64,000 bases of DNA from Lingula anatina (GCA_051362555.1 CM120640.1:50570788-50634787); one strand, 5' to 3'. Counted from the stretch's first letter, positions 39,901 to 54,900 are shown. Made by a program: numbers and translations. The notes: generated by a model not told the origin, from the letters alone.

Positions 39901-42900
39901 AGAGTGGAACTAAAAGCAGATGATTCAATAGTGTAAAAAAGCGACTGTGGCTGAAAAGGATTCATTTTGTGCTAAATATAGATGGGTGGAATTGTGACAA
40001 AGTCAAAAAATGCTTAAATGGATTTTTGTTCTTTGTCACGTTTTTTTTAACCATGCGATGGCAACGATTTTTTCTAACAAAATTTACAAGTTTTCATTTA
40101 AGCCAGTAGCAAATAAAAGGAACTAACATATTTATTGTTTGTATGTAAACAAGTGGTATATGTATATATTTATTTCGTTTTGATAGAAATCAGGAATCCC
40201 TTTAGTAGATTAAGCAGACGCAAGAGAGATGACTCCATAACGAAAGTGAAATTCACCTTTCAAGTGCGAGGTAAGTCTGTAAACCATCAAGAGTTGAAAG
40301 TCAGAACTATTCGTTTAGATTTCTTCAAAGCGTCTGTTAGCCATACACGGACCTTCATAAACCCGTAACAAAACTTATTTATGACTTCATTTAGGTTTTG
40401 TGAATACGACAAAGAGTCACCACGCCCAGCACTCTCTGATGGAAAGCATAGGTCTTGTGAAACGCAACCTAAAGACAGAAGCCAGGCAGGGACAACTGGA
40501 CATCATGATGGGAGACCAGCCGCTTCATTTTGAGGACATAGAATTTTTACTCGAAACACCGAAATTTGTTTGTGAGCCTGGGAGTGTATTGCGAAAAAAC
40601 GTCTGCGGTAAGATTTAGATTGAGATTTATTTATATTACAGGGCTGAAAATTTTTTCTTAGCAGAACCAAAGGCAAAACGTTTGTTTTCTTGTAAATTGT
40701 GGCAATTGTTTTGAAAAAGATGTACCGACAATAAAAAAAGCTAGCCGTAAGTGTGCGTTTGTGCGTGTGTGCGTGAGTGTCTGTCAACCACCTTAGTGTC
40801 GCTGTTATTAGTCGAATAGAAACGTGTTTTAATTTAATTAAATTTTAATCAACCGTAACAAGTAAATATCAAGTGAGTGATTATTTATCTTTTTGTCGTT
40901 TTTTTAGTAAACTGCCCCGTCGGAACTTTCTTCAACGTAGTAACAGAGGAATGCGAGAGTTGTTCCGTGGGTACTTACCAAACTAAAGAAGGTCAACAGA
41001 CGTGCCTGGTGTGCCCAAACAAGACATCCACAGCCACAAATAATTCAAAGAGTTTAGGGGAGTGTAAAGGTACATTTTTCACTCATTCATGGAAAATTAT
41101 CAAGACGTTTGTTTTAATATGAACGCACATACATTGTGGTGCTTTATATAGAGAGGTTGATCATTACCTTTAAATCAGTTTTGTTTCTTTTTATTTTGTC
41201 TTCCAGCCCAATGTTTGCCTGGAAGTGTGTCTTATGATGGTCTAGAGATATGTGAGACATGTGAAATAGGGTATTATCAGGCTGGATATGCACAGACCTC
41301 GTGTGACAAGTGCCCAGGGAGAAAGACAACCTGGAGGAGAGGGACCAGGAAAGCTGAGGAATGTAAAGGTAAAGGTTTCTTTCACTATAGCAATCACTGT
41401 AAACTGAATTAAGAAGAAATTTTCCATATATCAAAATTCCATTTACATGTTTATGGTGCGTGAAGCAAAATCCTTATTAAACCTTATTAGAGTTAGACCT
41501 TTTATACACTTTTTCCAATCATAACTTTCACAATTATTTCTTCCTGCACTAGATAGGTGTCCTGCAGGTGAGGTGTCCAAGACAGGCCTTATGCCTTGCT
41601 TTCCATGTCCTAAAGGTTTCTTTCAACCAGAGGAAGGCAGTTCATTCTGTAGACTGTGCCCAAACAAGGCCACCACCAATCACACTGGTTCTACCAACAT
41701 CACAGATTGTGAAGGTAAATTTGACAAATTTTACAAATCTACATCATTTTCATCTTCTTTGGTGTAAAATGGTGTAATATGTAAAAGTAAGTTACAAATT
41801 ATATAAAATATTCTTGCTTTTAGGAAAAAATAATGATAACCATATTCTTTTGACACTTGCGTGGTTTTGGTAAACAGAATAATTTTGATTCAAATACAAG
41901 TATCTGCCAGTGTTATTTATAAAATGGATTAAAAAATTCAAGGTATTAAGGAACCAGACATTCATGAAAACACTACAGAGGTTCACATCAATGAATGTTT
42001 CTTGGAGCCATGCCAGAACAGAGGCCAGTGCCAGAGCTTGAAGATTGGATACACATGTCAATGCCTACCTGGTTATACTGGTGAGCTGGCTATACATGAA
42101 TTCAGTCAGCACAAAGAAAAGGGGTTAAATAATTCAGATACATAGTAATTTTTCTGTCTTGCCTTTTTCCCCAGCAGAACTTGAGGTTTTGAGAGCAAAG
42201 GCTGTCTTCACAGTATGTATATGGTCCCATGCTGGTTTACTAGTAATTCAAACATATTCAACATTTATGTGATTACAAAATGGATATTGCTTCGTACCTT
42301 AACAGTACGATTTCATTTTAAAGATAATTTTTACATACTGAAATGATGTATGAGCATCTGTACTGTATAAGAATTGACTGTTCTGTTTAAGGGACTGACT
42401 GTGAGACTGAAATTGATGAATGTCAATCAAGGCCTTGCCAAAACAATGGAACCTGCCAAGATTTTCTGAACTACTTCAAGTGCACTTGTCTTGAGGGATT
42501 TACAGGTACATTATGTGTGTTGTTTAAACTGAAGTGAAGTTACATTTTAAGAATGGTACTGTTGATTCAGTTTTATTTAATCAGTTTCACATTTTCTTTT
42601 CAATGAGGAATATATGTTCACATATTTCCAGACCAATTTTTGAAACTTCTTTCACCATCATGTCTTGCCAGTTTGAGACTTTGCATGTGATTTCAAATTT
42701 TGACAATTTAATAATTCATAACTCATGCAGCTGAAATACTCAAAGTGTTTTTAATTTTAGAAAATACAAGCATTCAACTGCCAGTGTTATGGCTTACATT
42801 GATGTTACTATAGCTTCTTTCAGGAGAATCTTGTGAGACTAATATTGACGACTGCCAAAATGCACCTTGCTGGCATGGAGGACTGTGCACTGATCTTATT

Positions 42901-45900
42901 AACAGTTACAAGTGTTCTTGTAAAGCAGGATATACAGGTAATACACTTCTTTGACACATGATTAAACGAGACAGATGTATTCACAATAAATATTGAATAA
43001 AATTTTCAATTACTTATGACATTTAAACAAAATATGTGAAATTAAATTGTTCATTTCAGCCAAGTTAATTTTAGTTAATTTTATTAAAATTTATTAAAAT
43101 AATTCTAACATAAAGTACTAGAGTAATATAAATTTAAGTCATATGAATAAAATGATGATGACCTGATATGAATATATATATTCAGTAAATTAAAATTTGT
43201 ATTTTAATTTTTCTAACAGGACAAAACTGTTCCATTGATGTCAATGAGTGTGCCTCATCTCCATGTCAGAACAATGGGAACTGCCTGGACCATATTAATC
43301 GCTATTCATGCCTCTGTCCCTTTGGTTTCACTGGAGACAACTGTGAGACAGACATAGATGAGTGTGCCAGTGGACCCTGTGTAAATGGGGGCACCTGTCA
43401 GGATGGACATGACTCCTTTGTGTAAACTATTGTTTATGAATAATACAATTTAAATTTGTGAACATATTTTCTAATGAACTATCACAAGCAGTGAATGTAA
43501 AAAGTACAAAATTTGACAATCTTTTTATCATGGAGATTGCTATGCAATAAAGTCTGTTGTTTTTTGTCAACAACTTCCTGTTTATTGTAAAAAAAGGGCT
43601 CTATTATGTTTCATGCTGATTGAGGTTCAAAAACTTTTCCAGATGCTTGTGTCAGCCAGGATATGCAGGAAGGTTGTGTTCAGTGAATGTGGATGAGTGT
43701 TCTTCTCAACCCTGCAGACATGGTGGAACATGCTATGATTCTGTGAACAGTTTTACTTGTATATGTCCACCATCCTTCACTGGGAATCAGTGTCAAACAG
43801 GTGGGTTTCATATACAGGGTGGTCCATAAAAAACCTTTAAGGTAGTCAAATTTCAAGCATTATCATCATCATTTCATGCCACATGGACTTTCCTTGGCCA
43901 CCCTACTCACCAGATCTCAACCCCCCAGATTTCTTCCTTTGCGGGCACCTTAAAGAAAGAATCCATGTTAACAATTCACAAATTCTAGACACTTTGAAGA
44001 CCAACATACAAAAAGAATTAAGGAACAGTCCTACTGACATGATTGCAAGAATTATTGCCAATTTCAATGTTCGTGTAGCTACAGTTATTCAGTAGCGAGG
44101 AGCATGGATAGAACACATTATTACCTCTGCCAAGGAGGTTATGTTTTCACCCCTGTTTGTTTGTTTGTCTGTCATCACATAACTCAAAAAGTTATGGACC
44201 TATTTTGATGAAATTTTCAGGAACTGTCAAAAGTAGTTTTTAGTGGTGATCCGGATCAATATTCAATCAATCAATAATCAAAAACTAAGTTATGGACCGA
44301 TTTTGATGAAATTTTCAGGAACTGTCAGAAGTGGGCCAAGGAACAGATGATTAGTTTTTGGTGGTTATCCGGATCAAGCAATAATCAATAATCAAAATAT
44401 CAAAAATTTAGGGGTGAAACAGCATTGGATGGGGACTTTGCTGCCTTGGCGGAGGTCTGCGCTCTCTGAGTACTTTTCTAGTCAATTATTGAAATTTGAC
44501 TACCTTAAAGGTTTCCAATTTCTGCTGAATTTGCAAGGATAAAATGGTCATCAGTATGGAACAATTTGGTGAAAAAAGTTGGAAATATCTTAATTACTTG
44601 TATATCAAAGTTGCAATGAAAAGTGAAATAGGACCAACCTGTATAAGTCCTATGTTCTAGTATTATGTTCCTGTAACAACTTAGTGGAAATTAAAGGGTT
44701 TTTGTCGCTATAAACTTTGAACTGCAATGAATGAGATAAATTAATAACGAATTATATTATATTTAATATATTATATTTTTCAGTTTTGTTTTATTATAAG
44801 GGGTGCATCAGATTTTAGTTGAAATACAATATATACAAATCATTCTGAGACTGGTGTGTAACCCTGTGTAAAACACATTCTTTGCAGAGTTATCAACATT
44901 CTTCCAGCTCAATTTTGGCATGTCAGGAACATTGGATCACAGCATTGTTCATGGACCTCATAAAGATTTGAGTGAAATTACTGTGGCGTTTTGGATGAAA
45001 ACATCAGACAAAGATAATTACGGAACAGCAATATCATATTCCACACTAGAGGAGAATAACACATTTGCTATCACAGATTACAGTGGGTAAGTAGGAATGA
45101 AATTGTCCTCTTCAAACCATACAAATTAAAAACTCATTTTTACATGTTAAAGCACCTTTTACTTTCATAAAAAGATAATAAAACCATCCAAAGCACTAAT
45201 TTAGGAAGCCTATAGATACACCTAATGCTACATTTTAATTGCCAACTGAGTACTGGTATATCTGTTACATGTACATTGTATTATTTTGTCTATTCAAATA
45301 TTTATCCCTGTTTTGTTTCTTCTAACAGGTTTGTCATTTATGTAAATGGCCAAGACATTGTAACAGATGTAACAGCAAATGATGACCAATGGCATCACAT
45401 CTGTGTCACATGGTCCAGTGCCAATGGGGAATGGCAGATCTTTAGAGATGGAAGAAGTCTTGACCAGGGTCAGGGACTTGCACCTGGAACAGTTATAAAA
45501 GGTTAATGGTGTATACAAATACGGCTTATATTTAATATATATATTTATATATAATTTATATATAAATTTTATAAGTATGAATTTTGTAAAGGAGAGCATT
45601 TAACACATATGATTTTTCTTTTAGAACTTAGATTAAACCTATTCACGACTCAACAGAATGTTGTACATTACCATACCTTGTACTTGTCTGAAGTAAGTGA
45701 GAAATAAATATTTTTGTTATAGGAGGGGGCAAGCTTGTCCTCGGGCAGGAACAAGATGCATTTGGTGGAGGGTTTAGTGCTCTTGAATCATTTGTTGGAA
45801 GCATGACCCAGCTACACATATGGGACAAGGTGTTTACTGATTCTGAAATCCAAGGATTAATTCTGACCTGTGAGCCATATATAGGAAATGTCAAGAGTTG

Positions 45901-48900
45901 GCCAGACTTCCTCTCTGGTCTCAGGGGGAAAGTACAAAAAACAAATTCTTCATTCTGCAAAGGTAAGAAGCTCTTGTAGGTATAACTATTTTTTTTCAAA
46001 TTTATTCTTACATGGGTATGGATTTTAGGTGATACATGTACATGTTTATATGTGGATAATAATATGTTCTTTTTTTACAAAAAAAGACATGTTAAAAATA
46101 TTTAAATGTTAGATAAAATAATAGGCATATAGTTAAGAGAACATTTTATTTCATTTTTGTGCTGTAAAGCTCTACATCTAACCAAAATTGTCAACACATC
46201 ACTTCTTACACAGACTGTGAAATCCCACCCTTTATACCAAATGGCAGTGTAGAGTGGACAGGTACTGCTACATTCTCTAGCGCCACCTACAGTTGTGATG
46301 TTGGGTATGAGCTGAAAGGGACAGGGACCAGGAGGTGCCAGGTGTACTCAGAGTGGGATGGTGAAGCTCCCAGGTGTGAAAGTAGGTCTCCAGAATTAGT
46401 GGATAAAATATGTCACATCTGATTTTAAAAAGTAAAGGCATACATTATACCAGTAATTCCTTATTGACAATAAAAGCTTAATTTAAATTTAACAGGCTCT
46501 AAAGTATATGTCCAATTTAATCAGTGACTAAAAATGTGTAAAGTCACATGTATAATTTTGTTCAGTCTCCATAATTCAGTTTGATTGGGACATGGCTATT
46601 TTCACGTGATATATTTCTCAGAATGGAGTCAGTTTTCTATAAATCTTTTGAGTTTGGTTTGCAACAGAATATTTTAAAATGAATTTAAGCTATTCAAAGA
46701 TTTGGCTTTTATAGGAGTTTATAGAAACCTAGAGAAAATTTTTAAATCTTTCACATTTTCATTTTATTTTAATACGACATACAAGTTAAAGTATAAATGT
46801 ATAAATAAAAATAACACTGTATCTGGTAAAACATTTCAGAAGTGAGCTGTGGTTTCCCTGGTATGATACCAAATGGTTATATAGCAGGTAGTTGGTACAC
46901 CTATGGCAACTTTGCCCAGTACGTATGTGTACATCGTTACAAGTTGGTGGGAAATGCAACCATCTACTGCAATGAACATGGTGTTTGGGAAGGAAATCAG
47001 CCCATATGTGAATGTAAGGAACACTGCTTATGCACTTACATCTCTGCTTTATATTTAGTTTTCTGCCTTAATTTACCTTTGCTGTGTGGCATCATGAAGA
47101 TTTTAAATTTTAAGGGCACTCATCCACATTTATGCTTATGATTTGTTATTCAGATCACAGAACTAAAATCTTTATGGCAATCTTTATAGTACAACCAATT
47201 TTATCTCATTATAAGTATTCATTCATAATAGTAATAAAAGTCATAAATATTTTCTTTTTTTACAGTGGTTTTATGTAAACTTCCAAAAATACCAGACATG
47301 GTTGAGGCACTAGAGAGAAAAGAAGAGTACAGGCCAGGAGATGTTGCCAGGTTCTATTGCAATCCAGGGTATATGTTAAAGGGCCCAACCTCAGTCCACT
47401 GTGATGATGATGGATCTTGGGATGTAGAACTGCCATCATGTGTCAGTGTGAAATGTGACCTACCTCCGCGTTTGGACAATGGGATAATCTTCAATGTTTC
47501 AAGTCAAGATTTTTCCATGGGCACCATTGTGACTTATAGATGTGAGGTTGGCTACAGTCTCATTGGGAAAAGTAAAATCAAGTGTAATTTCAAGGGGAAG
47601 TGGGACAAAGATCCCCCATCTTGTACTATTGTGAAATGTAGGAAGCCACCAAGTCTACAATTTGGGAGAGTGGAGGGGAAGTCCTTTGTATTTGGTTCCA
47701 AAGTCACGTATCATTGTGACACTGGTTACAAGCTCATTGGCCGCCAGACTCTCAAGTGCAATGCAGATGGTCAGTGGGGTGGCTCATCCCCTATATGTGA
47801 TCCAGTATACTGTGATGTTCCACAACAAATACAAAATGGCTTTGTGCATGCCACAAGTTATGCATATAATGCAACTGTGCATTATACTTGCAGGACAGGA
47901 CATATGTTGTTTGGTAATAAAATGCAAGTGTGTCTCAGAAATGGCTCTTGGTCAGGTTCAATACCAGTTTGTGAGCCCATACCATGTTTGCCACCTAGTC
48001 CAGTTGCCAACGCAAAGATAATAGGGGAGGACTTTACATTTGGAAGCACAGTTACCTATGAATGCCAAGAGGGTTACATATTGGAGGGAATTCCAGAACG
48101 TGTCTGCAGAGAGGATGCAACATGGCATAATCCTCAGCCATCTTGCAAGAGGGTGCAATGCAAAGTTCCAGACATAGCTAATGGAATTCTAAGCAAAAGT
48201 GTGCTCTACTATCAAGATGAGTTACTTCTCAACTGTAAATTAGGCTTTGAATTGTCACATAATGAAACGGTCACCTGTCTTGCTAATGGCACATGGAGTT
48301 CTGTGACACCCACTTGTGAGCCAATTACATGTCACAGGCCACACAGTATCCTCTATGGCATTGTATTTGTGTCCAGTACCTCTTATGGTGCTGTGGCAAA
48401 TTATACTTGCAATCCAGGATTTGAGCTCCACGGAGACTCAACTCGTCTTTGCTTGACCAACAGGAAATGGAGTGGCACAGAACCTGCTTGCACAATTATT
48501 AAATGCCCTCACCCAGAGGATATTGATTATGGAGAAGTAAAATATGCCAACTTGTCATTTGGATTGAAAGCTCATTACTCTTGCAGTGCAGGATACGAAT
48601 TGGTTGGTAAATCATCAAGGACATGCCAGGCTAACAAGACTTGGAGTGGCAAAGCTCCAAATTGTGTTCAAGTGTACTGTCCAAGACCACCAAGCATCCA
48701 ATATGGAAATTATAAATTGGATGATACTGTGTATGGGTCCATAGCTCAATATGAATGTTTTTATGGATTTGTTCTTAAGGGTGACATAAATAGAACTTGT
48801 GAGCAGGACAAAACTTGGTCTGGCTCTGAGCCAATATGTTTTCCTAAACAATGTAAGAGTCTTCCATCAGCTATCCTTAATGGAAAAGTTATAGGAACTA

Positions 48901-51900
48901 ACTATACATTCAATGCAACTGTCACTTTTGAATGTGACACTGGATATATGCTCATTGGTTCAAAATTTCTAGCATGTTTAGGAGATGGCACGTGGGATTT
49001 TGCTGTGCCAGTCTGCATTCCAATATTCTGTCCAGACCTGCCATCTTTTGCCAATGGTAAAGTTGATGGAAAAGACACCATAGTGTTTAGTTCTGTGTCC
49101 TATACTTGTGATAAAGGTTACAAATTGATGGGTCCATCTCAGCGGAATTGTTTGGAAAATGGCACATGGAGTAAAGTTGACCCAATTTGTGAGCCTGTAG
49201 ATTGTGGACATCCAGAAAATATACTCAATGGCAGAGTGATTGTCAGTGGTACAAAATTCCACGATTTTATAGAATATGAATGCAACATTGGTTACACTCT
49301 TGTTGGTGTTCGCTCCAGACTTTGCTCTGCTAGTGGAGTTTGGGAGAATGTGCCTCCAGCATGTAATATCATCAGCTGCGGACAGCCAACTCAAATTCAG
49401 AATGGAAAGTTGCATTACAACCATACAACATATGGCTCATTTTTAACTTATACATGCACCAAAGGTTATCAGCTTGTTGGGCATAAAACAAGAATTTGCA
49501 ATGAACATGGAAGATGGTCAAGTGAAGAACCAGTTTGTAAAATTACAACTTGCAAGGAGCCTGAATATGTAAGAAATTCAGATTACGTAGTCACTGGAAC
49601 TACTTTTGGTGCTACAGTGACATATTCCTGCATGGAAGGCTATGTGCTAGTCGGAAATAAACACCGTACATGTAGTTTCAATGGAAAATGGGTCCCAAAT
49701 GCTCCAGAGTGTGAAATTATCTCATGTCCTGAATTAAGCCCCATTGAAAATGGATACGCAGAAGGTGCACAATACACATTTAGTAGCAGGGTTGCTTATC
49801 ATTGTCATCCTGGTTATGAATTAATTGGAAGTCGCAGCATTATTTGTTTGTCTAATGCAACATGGTCTGCCCCATCACCAATGTGCCAACGGATAATGTG
49901 CTCATATCCACCAGAGCTAAAACATGGAGAAATGACAGGGGATCATGGGTATGGTGGTCATATGCTCTATAAATGTAACTCTGGCTACAGGCTTGTTGGT
50001 GATTACAGACGGGAATGTTTAGCAGATGGCACATGGAGTGTAACGGCACCTATATGTGAACCTCTAAAGTGCTCAAAACCAACCATTCCAGATGGATATG
50101 TAAATGGGCAAAACTTTATCTTAGGATCCATAATTCAGTATGGTTGTAATACTAACTTTGAATTGATTGGAAATGATACCAGAGAATGCTTAGAAAATCA
50201 AACCTGGAGTGGAGTTGCGCCATTCTGTGAAGTGATCAGATGCAGTGTGCCTAAGGCTGTGGCAAATGGAATGATAATGTTGAATGGATACAAAGTGGGA
50301 GAAGTTGCTGAATATAAATGTAACAATGGATATGAAATAATTGGCAGCGCTAAAAGGACCTGTCAAAATGATAAAACCTGGAGTGGTTCTGATCCATCTT
50401 GTGGCAAAATATTTTGTCCTCATCCAGAGCAAATAGAAAATGGCATTTTTAGTACTCAAAGCACTGCAAAGGACTTCCCCTATGATATTTTGATAGAATA
50501 TTCATGTCTCAGAGGATACTACATTATTGGTGTATCACAACATCGTTGCCTTGCTAATAAAACATGGAGTGGAGACTTACCTTACTGTCAGCCTATTGAC
50601 TGTGAGCAACCTCCCATTGATAGTCACTTGCAAGTATCTGTGGAGAGTACCACTTACAAAAGTACAGCAAATTACTCTTGTGATGATGGATATATTTTAA
50701 TTGGAAATGCGACACAAACCTGTATGGATAACAAAACATGGAGTGGTGACATCCCTAGATGTGATATTGTAACTTGCCCAACACCCAGCCACATAACCAA
50801 TGGAAAGGTCTCTGGCAACTTATTTTTATATGGAGAACAGCTACAGTATGAATGTGACATTGGATATGAACTGTTTGGCTCGTCGTCACTAACTTGCTTG
50901 AGCAATGGACAGTGGAGTGACCAGTACCCCACATGTTTAAAGGTCTCTTGTACGGTCCCTGTTGCTTCAAAAAGAAGTGTATTGTTGGCAAATACCTCTA
51001 CGCTGTTTTATGGTGATTCCATTACCTATTCATGTGTAGAGGGATTCAGTATTCATGGTGATAGCACAAGGAAATGCAAAGAAAATGGGCAATGGAGTGG
51101 AACTGAACCAAAATGTGAAATTGTTAAATGTGGAAAACCACTTCATGTGTCACATGGAGGACATAATGGAAGCCATTTCAGCTACAGTGAGATAATTGAG
51201 TTTTACTGTGATAAGGGTTATGAGATGGTTGGTTCACCAATTGCCCACTGTCTGTCCAATGGGAAGTGGAGCAGTATGTCACCCGTGTGTGTAATGGTGA
51301 CATGCCCAATGCCAAATGAAATTGAAAATGGTGAATTATTGTTCAGTTCCAACATGTATGGTGGAACAGTTGAATACATGTGCCATGAAGGTTTTGAGTT
51401 GATTGGAAACAAAAGTCATGCGTGCCAGGCTGATAAAACATGGAGTGGCAACATCCCGTATTGTGAACAAATTATGTGCCCACACCCAGAGGACCCGCCT
51501 AATGGGCATGTTATTACAAGTGATCTTTCATATGGTCAAGTAGTTGGATATGCTTGCAATCCTGGATTTGAGTTGAATGGTGTAAGAATGAGACAGTGTG
51601 TTGGTAATGGTATTTGGAGTGAAGAAGCTCCTAACTGTACCATCATTTCCTGCCCACCTCTAACAAAAATTAGTCACGGAACAATTCAAGGAAATAAAAC
51701 ACATTTTGGGTCCATTGTCTCATATAGCTGTGAAATGGGATTTGAAATTTCAGGGCCTTCTGTAAGGTCATGCACAGAGCATGGAACATGGAGTGATAAA
51801 ACACCAAAATGCATTCCGATAAAGTGCCAAGAGCCTGGTCTGTTAGCTAATGGCAAAATCTATGGTAACAATTTTACATATGGTGAAGTTATCAAGTTCA

Positions 51901-54900
51901 GATGCCAAACAGGATATACTTTAAAGGGACCAAGCAGCAGTCAGTGCAAGGTAAATAAGCAATGGAGTGGGAAAACACCTATATGTACAGTAGATGTCTG
52001 TGAGACACCGACTAAAATTCCTCATGGAAAAATTATTGGGGACAATTTCACATTTAGTGCTACCATTGCCTTTATTTGTGATCCCGGATACAGATTGGAA
52101 GGATCATCTGTTAGGCAATGCATAGCAAAAGGAAAATGGAGTGGAAAGACACCATCCTGTAGGCCCATTGCTTGCATCCCACCACCAAGCTTAGACAATG
52201 GATATATTATTGGAGAGAACTTCACATATGGCCAAGTTGTGCAGTATGTCTGTAATTCAGGATATAACCTGCATGGCCCCTCAGAGAAACAATGCCAAGA
52301 GGATAGAACATGGACTGGAGGAACACCTTCATGTTCTCTTGTAACCTGCAGTGTGCCTTTGCCAATACCACATGGTAATATACTTGGAGAAAAGTATTAT
52401 TTTAATGAAACCATTGAATATAGATGTGCTAAAGGATATGAACTGAAAGGATCACCTTTCAGAAGGTGTCTTACTGATGGTAACTGGTCTGGAAATGAAC
52501 CAAAATGTTCTCCAGTTTCCTGTGGAATACCAGATCCTGTGCCAAATGGATATTTCAATGGTACAGAATACACCTTTCATAAAGTTGTACATTACAGTTG
52601 TTTAACTGGGTATAAACTTGCTGGTGTACCTGAAAGGACCTGTCTGCCAAACAAACAGTGGTCTGGTGAAAACCCAACTTGTGCAATTGTCTCCTGTCCA
52701 AAGCCAGCAGACCTCCAGAATGGGGTATTGTTTGGAGAGGAATATGTGTTTGGAAGTGCTATTAGTTATATGTGTGAAAAGGGTTACAAACTTGAAGGTT
52801 CTCATATAATGTACTGTCAACAGGATGGCACATGGACTGGAAGTAGTCCTGTTTGTACTTTAGTAACTTGCCCTGTCCCAGAAGCCCTGAACAATGGCTT
52901 GGTGTTCACAAAAAACTACTCATATAAAAGCATTTTGATGTACAAATGCAACCAAGGTTTCGAATTAATAGGCTCTAAACAAAGACATTGTTTAGAAAAT
53001 GGAACCTGGAGTTTTGAAAAGCCTTATTGTAAGAAAGTGACTTGCAATCACCCTTCAGAATTAGCTCATGGTAATGTTTTCGTCTATGATTACAGTTATG
53101 AATCTGTAATTGAATACAGATGTGATTATGGATATGAAATAAAAGGAAACATACTTCGCACATGTCAGGCTGATAAAACTTGGAGTGGAAATACTCCAAA
53201 ATGTGAACTACTTGTTTGTCCCACACCTCCTGTCATAGCAAATGCAATTGTTGTTGGAGAAAATTTTAGCTTTGCTGAGTCTATCACTTACGTATGCAAT
53301 AAAGGATTTGAGCTGCGTGGACATGCAATTAGAACCTGTCAAGCTGACAAAACTTGGTCTCGTGGAGTCACACAATGCATACCTTTGACATGTCCCCAAC
53401 CTCCACCATTTCGAAACGGATGGTGGGTTGCAACAGACAACAACACTGTACATTCTGTGATAAGGTTCCAGTGTAATGTTGGATACAGCCTTTCAGGTCC
53501 ACATGCCATTCATTGCCTAACAAGTAAACAGTGGAGTGGAGAATTCCCAACATGTAACAAAATCACATGTGGTCCACCTGACAAAATAAAAAATGGTCTT
53601 GTAGTAGGAGCATCCTATGAATATGATGAAGTTGTGGAATACCGCTGCTTATCTGGACATTTTTTATCTGGACCTCATAAAAAGCAGTGCCAAGCTGATG
53701 GAACATGGGAGCCAAGTGGAATTCCAAAATGTGATTATATATCATGTGGTAGGCCAAGAAATGTTCAAAATGCAAAAGTGATTGGCACCTCTTATGCTTA
53801 TGATGATTATGTTTTTTATCTCTGTACTGAAGGATTTGAACTTATGGGAAACAATGTATTAGAATGTGGCAGAGATGGACGTTGGAGAGGTAGACTTCCA
53901 GTTTGCAAGATGATATCCTGTGGACCTCCCCCTGTTATTGCTAATGCTTCAACCTATGTTACTCACTACACATATGGCAGTAGGGTAAGTTACTCTTGTA
54001 ATAAAGGATTTCTCCTCCAAGGGGAATCGATGGCAGAATGCATGGCTAATGGAACATGGATGTTCCGCCATTCCCCAAGCTGTGTGCCTGTTAGTTGTGG
54101 GCAGCCAGACCCTCTTTATAATGGACGTGTTCATCTCACTGATACCACCTATGGCAGCATAGCAAGTTACACATGTAAAAAAGGCCATGTTTTAGTTGGA
54201 TCTCAAAGAGTTACTTGTAAAGATAATGGTTTTTGGAGTCATGGGGTACCTACCTGTAAAAGAGTGGTGTGTAGACCTCCCCCTAGAGTTCTCAATGCTG
54301 ATGCTGAGGGTCATGACTTTACATTTGGTGGAACTTTAAGGTATAGCTGCATACCTGGATATGAAATGGTTGGACAAAATCTTCGTATGTGCCAAGAGGA
54401 TGGTTCCTGGGAAGGCGAACAACCATACTGTAAAAGTGAGGTTCATTTAATAAAATTTATATCAACATTTTAATAAGTACATTGATAGAAATTGATTTTT
54501 TTGGCAAAATAATTGTACTTCTCATGAAATCAGGATTTTAAAATGAATAAATTGTATTTTTTACCACAATTGTAACAGATCTAACTTATCTCCATTTGCA
54601 GTTTAATCTGTACCTGTCATTGATAAACTGAAATTCAAACCTTAGAGCCCTGATGTTTCTTGACAGATTTGTCATTTTATAATTATCATATCAGATTCTT
54701 TACATTTACCTCTTTAGAAAAATCTTGTGGAGGACTTTCTCCACTTAAGAATGGCCGTGTGGTGGGAAGAGGCTCTCTTTATCTTGATAGAGTTAGATTT
54801 TTCTGTGATTCTGGTCATATTTTGGTCGGCAATGAAAGTGCAATTTGCCTGGAAACAGGACAATGGAGTAGTAAAGTACCAGTTTGTTCTGGTAAGTTTT

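Noticed and set aside
47662-54188. Many short antisense or off-frame ORFs within the giant SVEP1 exon
   Set aside because: They are shadows of the sushi-coding frame with no independent coding signal.
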